Positions 7,988-18,116 of a DNA stretch of 62,580 bases are shown piece by piece; the stretch's first letter is position 1, and the number at the start of each line of letters is the position of its first letter. Both the position numbers and the translations under genes were made by a program. This DNA is from a virus (Duplodnaviria; Caudoviricetes), in the IMG/VR virus record IMGVR_UViG_3300025759_000093, positions 1-62,580 of that record. One strand, given 5' to 3'. Below the pieces are notes generated by a model. The model made no database searches. It saw only the letters and a list, made by a program, of their open reading frames with translations, and was not told where the DNA came from.

Positions 7988-10900
7988 TTTCTTCTTGTTT
8001 TTGATCTTCTATTACTTGTTCTAAAACTAGATCTTCTGCTTTTACCTCTAGAACTTTGTTTCTTTTCAGATTTTAATTGCCAATCTGGCCATCCTAATAT
8101 CATCGCTACACTTTCCCACCACTCTTTTTCTTCTTCAAAAGCTCCTGTAAAGTTGTCATACTTTAACAAAGCTCTATCAAGAGGTATGTTTGTAGTTGCT
8201 GAAACTACTTTAGCTCCTGCTAAATAAGCTGGGTTATCAATAGCAAAACCTTTATCAAGCATTTCTTGTCTACGTTTTTTACTATCAAACTGATAAGCAG
8301 CACCTCTAATTTTAGATATTTTACTACTTATAGGTGGTGAAAACTGAAGCAGCTTCCAAGTAGCATCGACATATTCTGGTCTAGATCTTTTAGATCTTTC
8401 GTATATATCTAATAATAAATTCTTAATAACAGAGGCTGAAGCTCCGCCTATGCCTAAACCTCTCAACATAGAGTCAGACATACCATTCATAGTTCTATAT
8501 ATTTTTTTGTCATCTTCGTCGTCGTCTCCGTCACCTGCCCCAATAGCAAATAAAGCATTTTGTAAAGAGTTAAATATTAAGTTTTGAACAAACCCATAAT
8601 AAGCTATTTTACTTACATTAGTTTTCCAGTCTCCTCTGCCTGCTATTAAATCTTGTATAGATCTTTTTTGTATACGAGCATACTGCATAGGTGTATTAGC
8701 AAACATTAATATTAACCTTCCATAATCACTAGCTTGTTGTTGTGATATTTTATCAGGTCTACTTGATTGTTGAGATTCTTCTGATATTTCTTTCCACTCT
8801 TGTAATGCTTGTTCAGTAGCTTGCTTTTCATTAAGTCCACTGTTTTCCATTAAATCATTTATTCTATTACGATAATAAGTAGCACCACCAGCAGCTATAG
8901 CAAAGCTATCAGCAAACTGAGTAGGCGCATAACCTTTTTCCATTATATAAGCTATTGCACCTTTAGCTCTATTTTTAGCAGTCTTTGCAGCATCAGCTAT
9001 TTCAGATTCAGTTACATTTATTCTTAAACCTTGTCTTCTATCTTTTAGATAGTCAGAGTTCATTAACGTCATAAAGTCTTTCCAATACTGAGGTTGGTTG
9101 GCAAATGCAGCACCAGCTTTTAAAGGATTATTAAAATTCCAATTAACATAGTTTATAGCAGATATAGTTTGAAGTACTGCAGATCTTGTATTTAAAAACA
9201 TTATAGCAGCATTAGATCCATTAATGTAGTCTAATATTCTATTGCTAAGTCTAGTTCCTTCTGATGATCTGTTCTTACCAGTCTTAATACGTTTAATCAT
9301 GTTCTCCAGCGCATCTCTATATTTTCTTCCATACATAGCTTCTAGCTTATTTAAATTAGCCTCACTATATATTTTATCAATTCTTTGATTAAAGTCTTCG
9401 TAATACTTATATCTCTTAGTAGTATTAAGAAGCTGTTGTATATCAGTGCTTAATGTTCCAGCAGTCCAACCATTACTAGGATTAGACCAACCATCTCCTT
9501 TAGTTATTTTTAAAAGCTCTTGAGCAAACTCTATTAACTGAGGGTCATTTTCAATAATCTCAGTCATTTCTTTTAAGTCTGACGCATCTATTCCAGGTAT
9601 ATTAGTTATGCCTGTTGAATACCATAAATAAACTCTCAAGGCTTGTTCCTTAGTAAAACCTCCAATGCTTGTAGATTTATTTAAATCTTTAGGTATATTT
9701 AAATCTTTCTTAAGTTTCTTAAAATCATTTATCAACTGTAGTCTATCAGCCCTCAAATCGCCATCAGCTTTTGCTAAAGGATCTAGTAAATGTTTTTTGT
9801 ACCATGACATTTGTAAATTACCTAATGGTCCTTTAGCTAGGGTAGGATATATTAAACCTACTAAATCTTCAGCTGAATAAGGAATAAAGAATTTAAAGCT
9901 ATCTTTATCTTTACCAAGAAGTCTACCTTTTTCTTTAGATATTTCCTTCTTAAACATAGGATCTTTCTTCATAGTTATTAGCTGATCAAACTCTTGATCT
10001 AACCCTTGTGAAAACTTTAACTTAGCTTGTTGTACTCTAGACTTAACGTCTAATACACTCATGGCATCTTGAACAGCTTTAACATTTTGTAAAGCATCAT
10101 CAGCAAAGTAAAAGTCGTTGTATCCTTCAGCCGCTTTATCTACTAGCCAGTTGGCTTTTGCTTCACCAGTAGAATTACCTAAACCTATTATATTTTCTTT
10201 TTTAAATTCTAAACCTTCAGACTTTAAAAATTCATATATAGCTTCTTGAGATAGTGGTGACCTAGCTGTTAAAACAAATAGATCTTCATTACCTCTAGCA
10301 TCTTTTATTTTTTTAGCTAAATTAAATAGTGGACCTCGCTTGCCATCTCTTACAATATCAAAATCTGTAAAGTCCATTACAGCGCCTTGTTCAACTAGTT
10401 GAGATCCTTGCTCTGCAAATTGCTCAGCTGTAAGTTCACCCTCTGTTCCATCTGGCTTTGTCCAAAATACTAAACTGTTACTTTGAGCTAGTGTATCATC
10501 AAAATCAAATACTCTAATTTTCTTTATTGGTTGATCTAACTTATTTGCTAACCTTAACGCTTCATCTACACCAGCAGCTTTACTTAAAATATCTTCAGAA
10601 GTCATATCGTTAGATACGTTTAAAACTTTTGAATAGCTTAAGTCAGTAACATTTACACCTTTACTAGCTTTTAAACCTGGAGCTGTTTTCAAAAACTCAT
10701 TTAACCTTTGTTTAGCAACCTTTTGTGATATATCTCCATTTAATATTTGATATAGTAATTCTTGTTGCTTGGATATAACAGATGGTGTTATTTGATTTTC
10801 AGCTACATTAATACCATTGTTTTCAGCTACAGATTTGCCATTGCTCTCTATGAGGATATTAGGATCTACACCTTTATGGATCTTACCGTTTTCGTCTTCT

Positions 10901-13900
10901 CTAACTTGGCTATTTACATTTGGATTAAAGTATCTTATCCATATAGACTTAGTCCCCATTAAAATGTCATAAGCAAACTCTACAGGAGCATTAGCTGTAT
11001 AATTAAAAGGCTTACCGTCTACACCAATACCTTTTAACATTAGATCATTAACATATGGTAATAAACCTTGAAAGTAATTATTTAAAGCACCATCAACATA
11101 TAGATCGTAGTTACCTTGTAACATCCTGTTGAATAAAAACTTGCCTAAATCACTAGCCGGTTGAGTATGTTCTTCAACTGGTTTTAAACCTGTATAATTA
11201 GTAAACATTATAGGCGAAAATGTTCTCATCATGTGACCTTGGTAGGAGCTGGTAGAAGAAAGCATAGCTGCTACAAAAGGAGCATTACTAATATCATCTT
11301 GTATTAACTTATTTAAAGCGTCTAATACTTGTTTAAATCCTTTTTCTTTATCCTTCTGTTGCTGTTCAAAATCTTTCGTACCAAACTTTTCATTAAGCTT
11401 TACATAGCTCATACGTTTTAAACCTGGTATTATTTTACTAGCAAATTTTATTCCGTCTTCTTGTATTCTATCTAAAAACGCAGCAACTTGTTTAGCATTT
11501 AAAAAAGCAAAGTTACCACCATAATCTCTTTCACCAGTTTTATTACCGTCTAGATCTTTAACAGATACTGTTTTACCAGTAAAGGTTCCAGCTGAATTAA
11601 TTGTAAAAAATTCTTTAGGTACTAATGGTGCTAATACATTAGCTAACCATAACCTGTAGGCTTCTCTACCTTCAAAGCTTTTCATGTTGATTGGATCTAG
11701 TCCATTAGCTTTTAATATTTGATTCCAATTTTTTTGCTCTGCAAGAAGTTGTTCTCCAGTGCTAGCAGTAAATAGTTTTCTAGCTTTATCTATTTTTCTC
11801 TGTTGTGCTTTAGTCATTTTGACTCCTTTAGAAAACATCAACTCTGCTTTACCTTCAGATAACTTACTAGGAACTGGCAAGCCTTTATCTTGTAATGCCT
11901 CTCTAACCTCTTGATTTGTAAGCATACGTTCTGTTTGAGAAACTAAAGCTTTTATTCTAGCGCTAGTATTTCTATCTGCTAAGTTCATTTCACCAGCTGG
12001 TGTTATTCCAAATACTTCTTTAAACAAAGCAGGACTTATATTTTTATTCTTTTCAAAAGCAGATAAACCGGCTTTACTACCAGTCTTAGACATTTTAACT
12101 CTATCAGTCTTAGTATAGAAGTTATCTAATAATACTTTTTGTACACCAGTTGAAGTACCTCCAGGCGTTGATCCTTCAGGTAACATAGTAATTAAAGCTT
12201 CCGCATTTTTATTTATAAACTGCTGAGCATTTCTTACATCGTCTTTAGTTAAGTTTCCAGGTTTTGGTTTTATACCAAACATTTCTTGCACTTCTTGTAG
12301 GGCTATATTTTTTAAAGATTTAAAATCTAAATCTGCAATAGGCAGATTATCTACCTCAGCTCTAACTTTTTTAACAGCTTGTTCAACATCACCACTTAAT
12401 CTGCTCTTAAGTTTAATAGCTCTTTTAGGTTGTACAACAGGAGTATCATCTGCTTCTTCAACAGCTGCTAATCCTACTTGCTCTGTAACATCGTCAGTAA
12501 ACTCTTCACCTAAAACTCTTTTCGATGCTTCAATAGCTCTTGAAGGTAGAAACTTATTTATGTAAGCTGCTAAAGGTACGCCTGACTCTGGATCATAAGC
12601 TCTTATTAAATCTAATATACCACGCTCACCAGTTTCTATTTCATCAGTAAGTAATTGCCTATCAAAACCAGGAGCTTCACTTCTACGTTGTACTATTTTA
12701 TTTGTAATAGGTTTGAACTGTTCTATAATATCAAAAGCTGCAGCCTCACCTTGTTCGTCATATAATCTCTGAACCTCTTCACTAGGTCCTTTAGAAAGCT
12801 TACCATCAGATTCATCTTCTGGTGGAGCAGCTTGTAAATTAAAATCTTGTACGGAACTTTGAAAACTTTTTATATAGTTAAATACATCATCTCCAGTTTT
12901 TAGTGGAATTAAAAAACCAGTCTTAGGATTAAATTTATTAGCTAAGTTTTTAAGCATATATTTTAAACCTGATATTTTGCTAAAATCATATTTACTTAAA
13001 ACTCCTGTAGCAACCATATCTCCAAAAAGGTTTAACACTTCTTCAACATCTACACCTTGGTTTTTAACAAAGTCGTCATATTGCTCTTGAGTTATTTCTT
13101 GATTACTTAATTGAGTTTGCAACTCTCTTATAGTAGATGTATAAGCTTGTTTTCTATTTAAATAATTATTATAATCTTCTTGGGATATTTTGCCAGTTTC
13201 TTTGTTTATTTCTAATTGTTTTTCAGCTTGTTCTAAAGCTAACTGAGCAGACTCAACAACAACTCCATCTTTAACTATACCAGCTTTTCTATTTTCTATA
13301 TGAAATAGTTCATGCATAGGAGCAACAGCAGACATCGTCGCAATAAATCTATCTGAAGTTTGACCTATATTTCTAGCAATATTATCTCTAAATACTATTA
13401 TGTCTTGATCAATAAATGTACCGTTTGAATTTTTACCTCTAGCTTCTATTAATTGCTCTGCTCTATCTCCATAAAGTTCTCTTAGTTCTTCGACTGTTGT
13501 TTGGTCATTAACTTCTGTATACTTATTACCGTTTAACTCTTGTGTTACACCTACTATATTATTATAAAACTCAAACAACCCTTGGTTATAAGCGGCCATC
13601 GCAGGATCAAAAGCATCTTTTTGATCTTGAGCAGCTTTTGTTTTTCTAGTATTTAAAAGCTTTTCTATTTGCGTATCTACAGATTTATATTGATTAATAA
13701 ACTGTTGCTTTTGTTTTTTAATAGCTTTGCTTTCAGGATCTGCTCTACCACCTAGCTCTATTAGGTTATTTATATATTCTTTTCTTTGACTTATTAAATC
13801 AAATAATTCTATTTGTTGTGGCTCACTTAAAGCACTAAGCTTTTCTACGTTTTCTATATTTCTAAAAGCTGCTTGTTGTAATATTAAATCTTGTTCTGCT

Positions 13901-16377
13901 TTTAATATTTTCTTTTCTTTTTTAGATCTTTTAGTACCGTCGTTTAGAGCTGTTTCTATTTCTATTAATCTATCAAAGCTAGCTTTTTCAACTTTATAAT
14001 CATTTTTAGTTCTAACATTGTCCCCTAACATAGCGTACAAATTGCTACCAACACTAGGTCCTTGTATAGCTAAACTAGTTAAACCAACATTAAAAGCAAA
14101 CTCAGCATCTATACCATCTAGTATAGATTTATTTTCACCTAGTATATATATATCTGAAAGGTTATTACCTATTTGAGCCGCAGTTTCTTCAGCTATTTCA
14201 ACACCTACATTAATTCCTAAGTTTAAACCTTGATACATAGCTTTTTTAAACATAGTAGATCCTACAGGTGCTGCTATTCTGTTTAAGTTTTTCATATAGT
14301 TTAACGTACCTAGACGTTCACTGTACATGTCTACAGCTCCAGAAACTAATTGAGATCCTGCTTTTTGAAGTATGTTAAGATCTTTGACTCTATTAAGCTC
14401 TTCTATTTGATTTTTAGTTTCAGCTATTTCAAAAGGACTTAATAAACCAGAGTCTAACTTTTTTTCTAGTTCTACTATAGCTTTAGGCGCGTTACGTTGT
14501 GCTATATTTATTTCAGAACCTTTTAAACCGTAGCTCATATTAAAAAATATACCTTGAGCAATTTTACTAGCTCTAGCTTGAGCTAAATTAGCTTTAGCTT
14601 TTAGCTTAAATCTTTCAGGTCCAGAAGCTTTATTAATAGCTTTTTTACTAGGACTAGCCATCTTACCTCCAAATCTAGTCATAAGCACTGTGGCAATACT
14701 AGGCATACCTTCTGCAAAGCTTTGACTAACATATCCACTTAAAGCTCCAGCGTCCCAAGCATCACTCATTGAAGGCTTAGGCGCCATTGCTACGGCCATT
14801 TCTTGTTGTAAGCTCTCGTTGTAATCTAAAGATACGCCTTCTACTTTATTTAAAAAAGTAGATAAAGCTGTTGCATCTTCTTCACCTATAGTCTTGTCTA
14901 TAACCTCTCCTACCATTCCTAGTGTAGTTCCAACTGTGGCTGATGCAGCACCTAAAAATGATTGCTCCATACTTAAAATAGCTTTATCTAAAGAAGAAAA
15001 GTTTTTAGTAGCAAGTTCTAAACTTAAAGATACATCTCCTAGTTCGTTAGAGTCTGCTAGTAAAGAGTCACGCTCTTTGTTCCAAGCTATAATATCTTCA
15101 GCTAATTTTTCTCTTTTATCTAATAAACCACTAGATTTGTACTCATCAATAACACCGTTGTAAGATGTTAGTAAATCGTTATATTCTTTTTTAATAGCTT
15201 CAGGAGAATCATTGCTAATTCCATTCTTATCCATTACATCTAGCTGTTTTTGTATTTCTTCAGCTTGACTATTTAATTCTAAGAATTGTTCGTTATTATC
15301 TAGCTCATCTTGTTGCTCTTGTATAGACTTCATTTTATTAGAAATATCACTAGATCTAAGTTGAATATTTTTAGCTTGTAAATCCATTAAGCTAGGATTG
15401 TTAGACAAATCCATTACATCTTTAAAATCTAAACCTCCTTTAACTTGGTCAGCTAGCAAAGCGGTTAGCTTATTTCTATCTGTTTGAGTTAAGTCTTTAT
15501 TAGCATGATAGAAAGCATTAAGCTTATCTGACTTAACTTTGTTTAGTGTTTGAGTTTTTAATTGATCAGATGCTTTATCTATTACACTATCGCTTATTTC
15601 TCCAGTTTCTTTGTAATGCTTTACTTCTTGATAAACCTGGTCAGACATCCAGCTAGGCTTTTCATCATCTATAAATAATCTATCCACAGCGTTAGTGCCT
15701 ACCATTTTATTAAGTCTCTCCATTGGAGTTGGAGCTCCTTCTAATTCTACCGTTTCAAAACCAGACATAGGTTTATTTAAATCTTCTTCTATAAAATTAG
15801 CTAATAAAGTTTTCTTGTAATCTTCATTAGACTCATCTACATTAGATAAGGTTTTTCTATACTCTTCAACTAAAGGTTTTAACTTAGCAGCAGTCTCTGG
15901 TTCTCTAAATTCAAACTGATCTACTTGACTTAGTTTGTCATACTCATCTTGATTATGTTTTATTTCTGCAGCTATTAAAGGATTTTCTAAATCTTGTTGT
16001 ATTTCGTTTATATTATAAACAGGTTTAACAACTTGATCTGCAACCATGTTTATTTCTTCAGGTGGTAAAAAACCATTTTCTTCATCTTTATTATCTATAG
16101 CTTCAAACATAGCCTGAGCTAGATCCATATCTGGTTCTGGTAATTTATCACCAGCAGCTGAGTTGAGAAGATCTTCTTTATCAGGAACTATATTAAATAA
16201 ATCTTCCATCATTTGTTCTGAAGATGGAACATTATAATATTCAGACAAACCTTCTCTAACTTTTTCTAATACGTCAGGGTTTTGAATATCTTCTACAAAC
16301 TTTTCAAAATCTGGTAAGTTAAAATGCTTAACAGCTTTATCGTATAAAGATCTTAGTCGTTGTTCGTTTGGACTCAT
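7984..16377 (-). CDS. Giant (2797 aa) putative virion ejection/polyvalent protein with HExxH, sigma-70 r2-like and HAD domains
   Basis: Located after the tail and small ejection genes; largely helical. HELFH at ~aa 1022, sigma region-2-like segment at ~aa 1212-1287, HAD motif DFDDT at ~aa 1958. Confidence 0.8.
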   Translation of the reverse strand: MSPNEQRLRSLYDKAVKHFNLPDFEKFVEDIQNPDVLEKVREGLSEYYNVPSSEQMMEDLFNIVPDKEDLLNSAAGDKLPEPDMDLAQAMFEAIDNKDEENGFLPPEEINMVADQVVKPVYNINEIQQDLENPLIAAEIKHNQDEYDKLSQVDQFEFREPETAAKLKPLVEEYRKTLSNVDESNEDYKKTLLANFIEEDLNKPMSGFETVELEGAPTPMERLNKMVGTNAVDRLFIDDEKPSWMSDQVYQEVKHYKETGEISDSVIDKASDQLKTQTLNKVKSDKLNAFYHANKDLTQTDRNKLTALLADQVKGGLDFKDVMDLSNNPSLMDLQAKNIQLRSSDISNKMKSIQEQQDELDNNEQFLELNSQAEEIQKQLDVMDKNGISNDSPEAIKKEYNDLLTSYNGVIDEYKSSGLLDKREKLAEDIIAWNKERDSLLADSNELGDVSLSLELATKNFSSLDKAILSMEQSFLGAASATVGTTLGMVGEVIDKTIGEEDATALSTFLNKVEGVSLDYNESLQQEMAVAMAPKPSMSDAWDAGALSGYVSQSFAEGMPSIATVLMTRFGGKMASPSKKAINKASGPERFKLKAKANLAQARASKIAQGIFFNMSYGLKGSEINIAQRNAPKAIVELEKKLDSGLLSPFEIAETKNQIEELNRVKDLNILQKAGSQLVSGAVDMYSERLGTLNYMKNLNRIAAPVGSTMFKKAMYQGLNLGINVGVEIAEETAAQIGNNLSDIYILGENKSILDGIDAEFAFNVGLTSLAIQGPSVGSNLYAMLGDNVRTKNDYKVEKASFDRLIEIETALNDGTKRSKKEKKILKAEQDLILQQAAFRNIENVEKLSALSEPQQIELFDLISQRKEYINNLIELGGRADPESKAIKKQKQQFINQYKSVDTQIEKLLNTRKTKAAQDQKDAFDPAMAAYNQGLFEFYNNIVGVTQELNGNKYTEVNDQTTVEELRELYGDRAEQLIEARGKNSNGTFIDQDIIVFRDNIARNIGQTSDRFIATMSAVAPMHELFHIENRKAGIVKDGVVVESAQLALEQAEKQLEINKETGKISQEDYNNYLNRKQAYTSTIRELQTQLSNQEITQEQYDDFVKNQGVDVEEVLNLFGDMVATGVLSKYDFSKISGLKYMLKNLANKFNPKTGFLIPLKTGDDVFNYIKSFQSSVQDFNLQAAPPEDESDGKLSKGPSEEVQRLYDEQGEAAAFDIIEQFKPITNKIVQRRSEAPGFDRQLLTDEIETGERGILDLIRAYDPESGVPLAAYINKFLPSRAIEASKRVLGEEFTDDVTEQVGLAAVEEADDTPVVQPKRAIKLKSRLSGDVEQAVKKVRAEVDNLPIADLDFKSLKNIALQEVQEMFGIKPKPGNLTKDDVRNAQQFINKNAEALITMLPEGSTPGGTSTGVQKVLLDNFYTKTDRVKMSKTGSKAGLSAFEKNKNISPALFKEVFGITPAGEMNLADRNTSARIKALVSQTERMLTNQEVREALQDKGLPVPSKLSEGKAELMFSKGVKMTKAQQRKIDKARKLFTASTGEQLLAEQKNWNQILKANGLDPINMKSFEGREAYRLWLANVLAPLVPKEFFTINSAGTFTGKTVSVKDLDGNKTGERDYGGNFAFLNAKQVAAFLDRIQEDGIKFASKIIPGLKRMSYVKLNEKFGTKDFEQQQKDKEKGFKQVLDALNKLIQDDISNAPFVAAMLSSTSSYQGHMMRTFSPIMFTNYTGLKPVEEHTQPASDLGKFLFNRMLQGNYDLYVDGALNNYFQGLLPYVNDLMLKGIGVDGKPFNYTANAPVEFAYDILMGTKSIWIRYFNPNVNSQVREDENGKIHKGVDPNILIESNGKSVAENNGINVAENQITPSVISKQQELLYQILNGDISQKVAKQRLNEFLKTAPGLKASKGVNVTDLSYSKVLNVSNDMTSEDILSKAAGVDEALRLANKLDQPIKKIRVFDFDDTLAQSNSLVFWTKPDGTEGELTAEQFAEQGSQLVEQGAVMDFTDFDIVRDGKRGPLFNLAKKIKDARGNEDLFVLTARSPLSQEAIYEFLKSEGLEFKKENIIGLGNSTGEAKANWLVDKAAEGYNDFYFADDALQNVKAVQDAMSVLDVKSRVQQAKLKFSQGLDQEFDQLITMKKDPMFKKEISKEKGRLLGKDKDSFKFFIPYSAEDLVGLIYPTLAKGPLGNLQMSWYKKHLLDPLAKADGDLRADRLQLINDFKKLKKDLNIPKDLNKSTSIGGFTKEQALRVYLWYSTGITNIPGIDASDLKEMTEIIENDPQLIEFAQELLKITKGDGWSNPSNGWTAGTLSTDIQQLLNTTKRYKYYEDFNQRIDKIYSEANLNKLEAMYGRKYRDALENMIKRIKTGKNRSSEGTRLSNRILDYINGSNAAIMFLNTRSAVLQTISAINYVNWNFNNPLKAGAAFANQPQYWKDFMTLMNSDYLKDRRQGLRINVTESEIADAAKTAKNRAKGAIAYIMEKGYAPTQFADSFAIAAGGATYYRNRINDLMENSGLNEKQATEQALQEWKEISEESQQSSRPDKISQQQASDYGRLILMFANTPMQYARIQKRSIQDLIAGRGDWKTNVSKIAYYGFVQNLIFNSLQNALFAIGAGDGDDDEDDKKIYRTMNGMSDSMLRGLGIGGASASVIKNLLLDIYERSKRSRPEYVDATWKLLQFSPPISSKISKIRGAAYQFDSKKRRQEMLDKGFAIDNPAYLAGAKVVSATTNIPLDRALLKYDNFTGAFEEEKEWWESVAMILGWPDWQLKSEKKQSSRGKSRRSSFRTSNRRSKTRRK

Positions 16378-18017
16378 TAATATAGAGTTGGTTTGTTATT
16401 ATTAGATTTATTTTTGTATTGATCATATTTAGATTTAAACTGATAATACTCTTCGTTGATATTTCTCATTTCTTTCATTGCACTAAGAAGTTGACCTGCT
16501 GTTTCTATGTATTTGTAATCATCATCTAAATCTAATCCACCAAAGTTTGCGAACTTAGATATTCTTTTTCTCTCTTCATCAAAATCAACATCTTCTCCAG
16601 CATCTATTCTATTAGTTATATCTTTAATTTCTTTATCTATAAGTTCTTCTACAGGTACTAAACTTTTAAACTTTTTAACATCAGTACCAGTATATATTGT
16701 AGAATCAGCAAAGCCTTTATCAAAGTCTATTGTCTCAGTACCAGCATTTTCAGAATCTGTAGGTTCAGTAATAATTTTATTTTTAGTTAATAATTTTCCA
16801 ATACCATCAGAATCTATATTATCATTAAAAGCTTTCATTGCTATAAATCTCTTAGCTATTTGATCTTGTGTATTTGATAAAGCTGTCTCTTGCTCGGGTG
16901 TTAAATCAGAAGGTGCCTCATGCCATGAAGAGTTTTCAAGTTCGCTCATATTAGATAATCCCATAGAAGACAACCACTCTTCTTCTGATAGCCCAGACTC
17001 TTCAATTAATCTAGCAGAAATTTCTTGTATAGACATGCCATTACCACCGCTATCATCAACATTATCAGGAATATCATCTTGAAAAACAGACAACATTCTT
17101 TTATCATCTGACATTATGGTCTGCGTCATAGGACTATTTTCCATGTCTAGTAAAAGTTTTTCTCTTTGCTCTGGTATCATTGTTTGATACTCGTACTCAT
17201 ATCCTTCTGGTATATTTTCTATAGTTTGACCTGGATTAAATGGATCTGGACTACCTTTTTGTAACTTTATAGTTTCAAAATAAGGGCTAGGACCATCAGG
17301 GTTACTAGTTTTTTCAGCTAATGTAGTTGTTAACTGTGATATATCTGCCTTGTCATTATACAAGTTTATACCTTGGTTTTTCATAGCTATTAACTCATCT
17401 CCGTTTAACATAGACGCATTTCCAGTTTTCATATCTTCACTAAGAGTAAAATCAGCTTCTCCTTTCACAGCATCATTTGGTTTAAAGAAATATATATTTC
17501 CACCTCGCTCAGCTATTTGAATATCTCCACCTTCCATAAAAGCACCAAGCATATCTTTATTTTGCATAGATCCAGTTGACGATAAAGTACCGTCATTTAA
17601 AGATTTGCTGTACCCAGCTGTTTGTTCTGCTATATAACTTATTTGAGTTTGAAACTTAGGAACTAAACTTTTTATTTTAGCCAATGCCATATTACCTTCT
17701 TGTCTTGACATTTTACCACTTTGCATGTTGTTTTTAATTGTAAAATATTCGTCAACTTTTCCATTCCAAAAAGATACTATATTTTGATCTAACGCAGGGT
17801 CTCCGGTACTACCAAATTTGTTAGCCATACTGTACATACTCTGCATTTGGTTGTCCGTAAGTTCTTGTTGTTTTTGAACTTGAGCTTTTTGAGCTTTAAC
17901 TGTATTAGCCATTTGTATAGCTGTGTTAGCCATATACTTGACTTGGCTTTGTCCACCAGTTTTTATAAGCTCTTGCATTCGCCTATCTACTATTCTTTTT
18001 GGGTTTCTATAACTCAT
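16377..18017 (-). CDS. Putative internal virion (ejection) protein, 546 aa
   Basis: Lies between the small and giant ejection genes, matching podovirus small-medium-large synteny. Confidence 0.6.
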   Translation of the reverse strand: MSYRNPKRIVDRRMQELIKTGGQSQVKYMANTAIQMANTVKAQKAQVQKQQELTDNQMQSMYSMANKFGSTGDPALDQNIVSFWNGKVDEYFTIKNNMQSGKMSRQEGNMALAKIKSLVPKFQTQISYIAEQTAGYSKSLNDGTLSSTGSMQNKDMLGAFMEGGDIQIAERGGNIYFFKPNDAVKGEADFTLSEDMKTGNASMLNGDELIAMKNQGINLYNDKADISQLTTTLAEKTSNPDGPSPYFETIKLQKGSPDPFNPGQTIENIPEGYEYEYQTMIPEQREKLLLDMENSPMTQTIMSDDKRMLSVFQDDIPDNVDDSGGNGMSIQEISARLIEESGLSEEEWLSSMGLSNMSELENSSWHEAPSDLTPEQETALSNTQDQIAKRFIAMKAFNDNIDSDGIGKLLTKNKIITEPTDSENAGTETIDFDKGFADSTIYTGTDVKKFKSLVPVEELIDKEIKDITNRIDAGEDVDFDEERKRISKFANFGGLDLDDDYKYIETAGQLLSAMKEMRNINEEYYQFKSKYDQYKNKSNNNKPTLY

Positions 18018-18116
18018 AATATTTTTAACTTATACCGTACATTGGATTATTCATGTCGTAATTATCAAATTCATTTTTAGCAATAACAGGAGTATTATCC
18101 TTGCCGCTCCCGGCTC

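Noticed and set aside
7984-16377. Virion RNA polymerase as in crAss-like or N4 phages
   Set aside because: DFDDT sits in a complete HAD motif set. No DFDID/DxDGD double-psi-barrel context or T7-type polymerase motifs were recognised.
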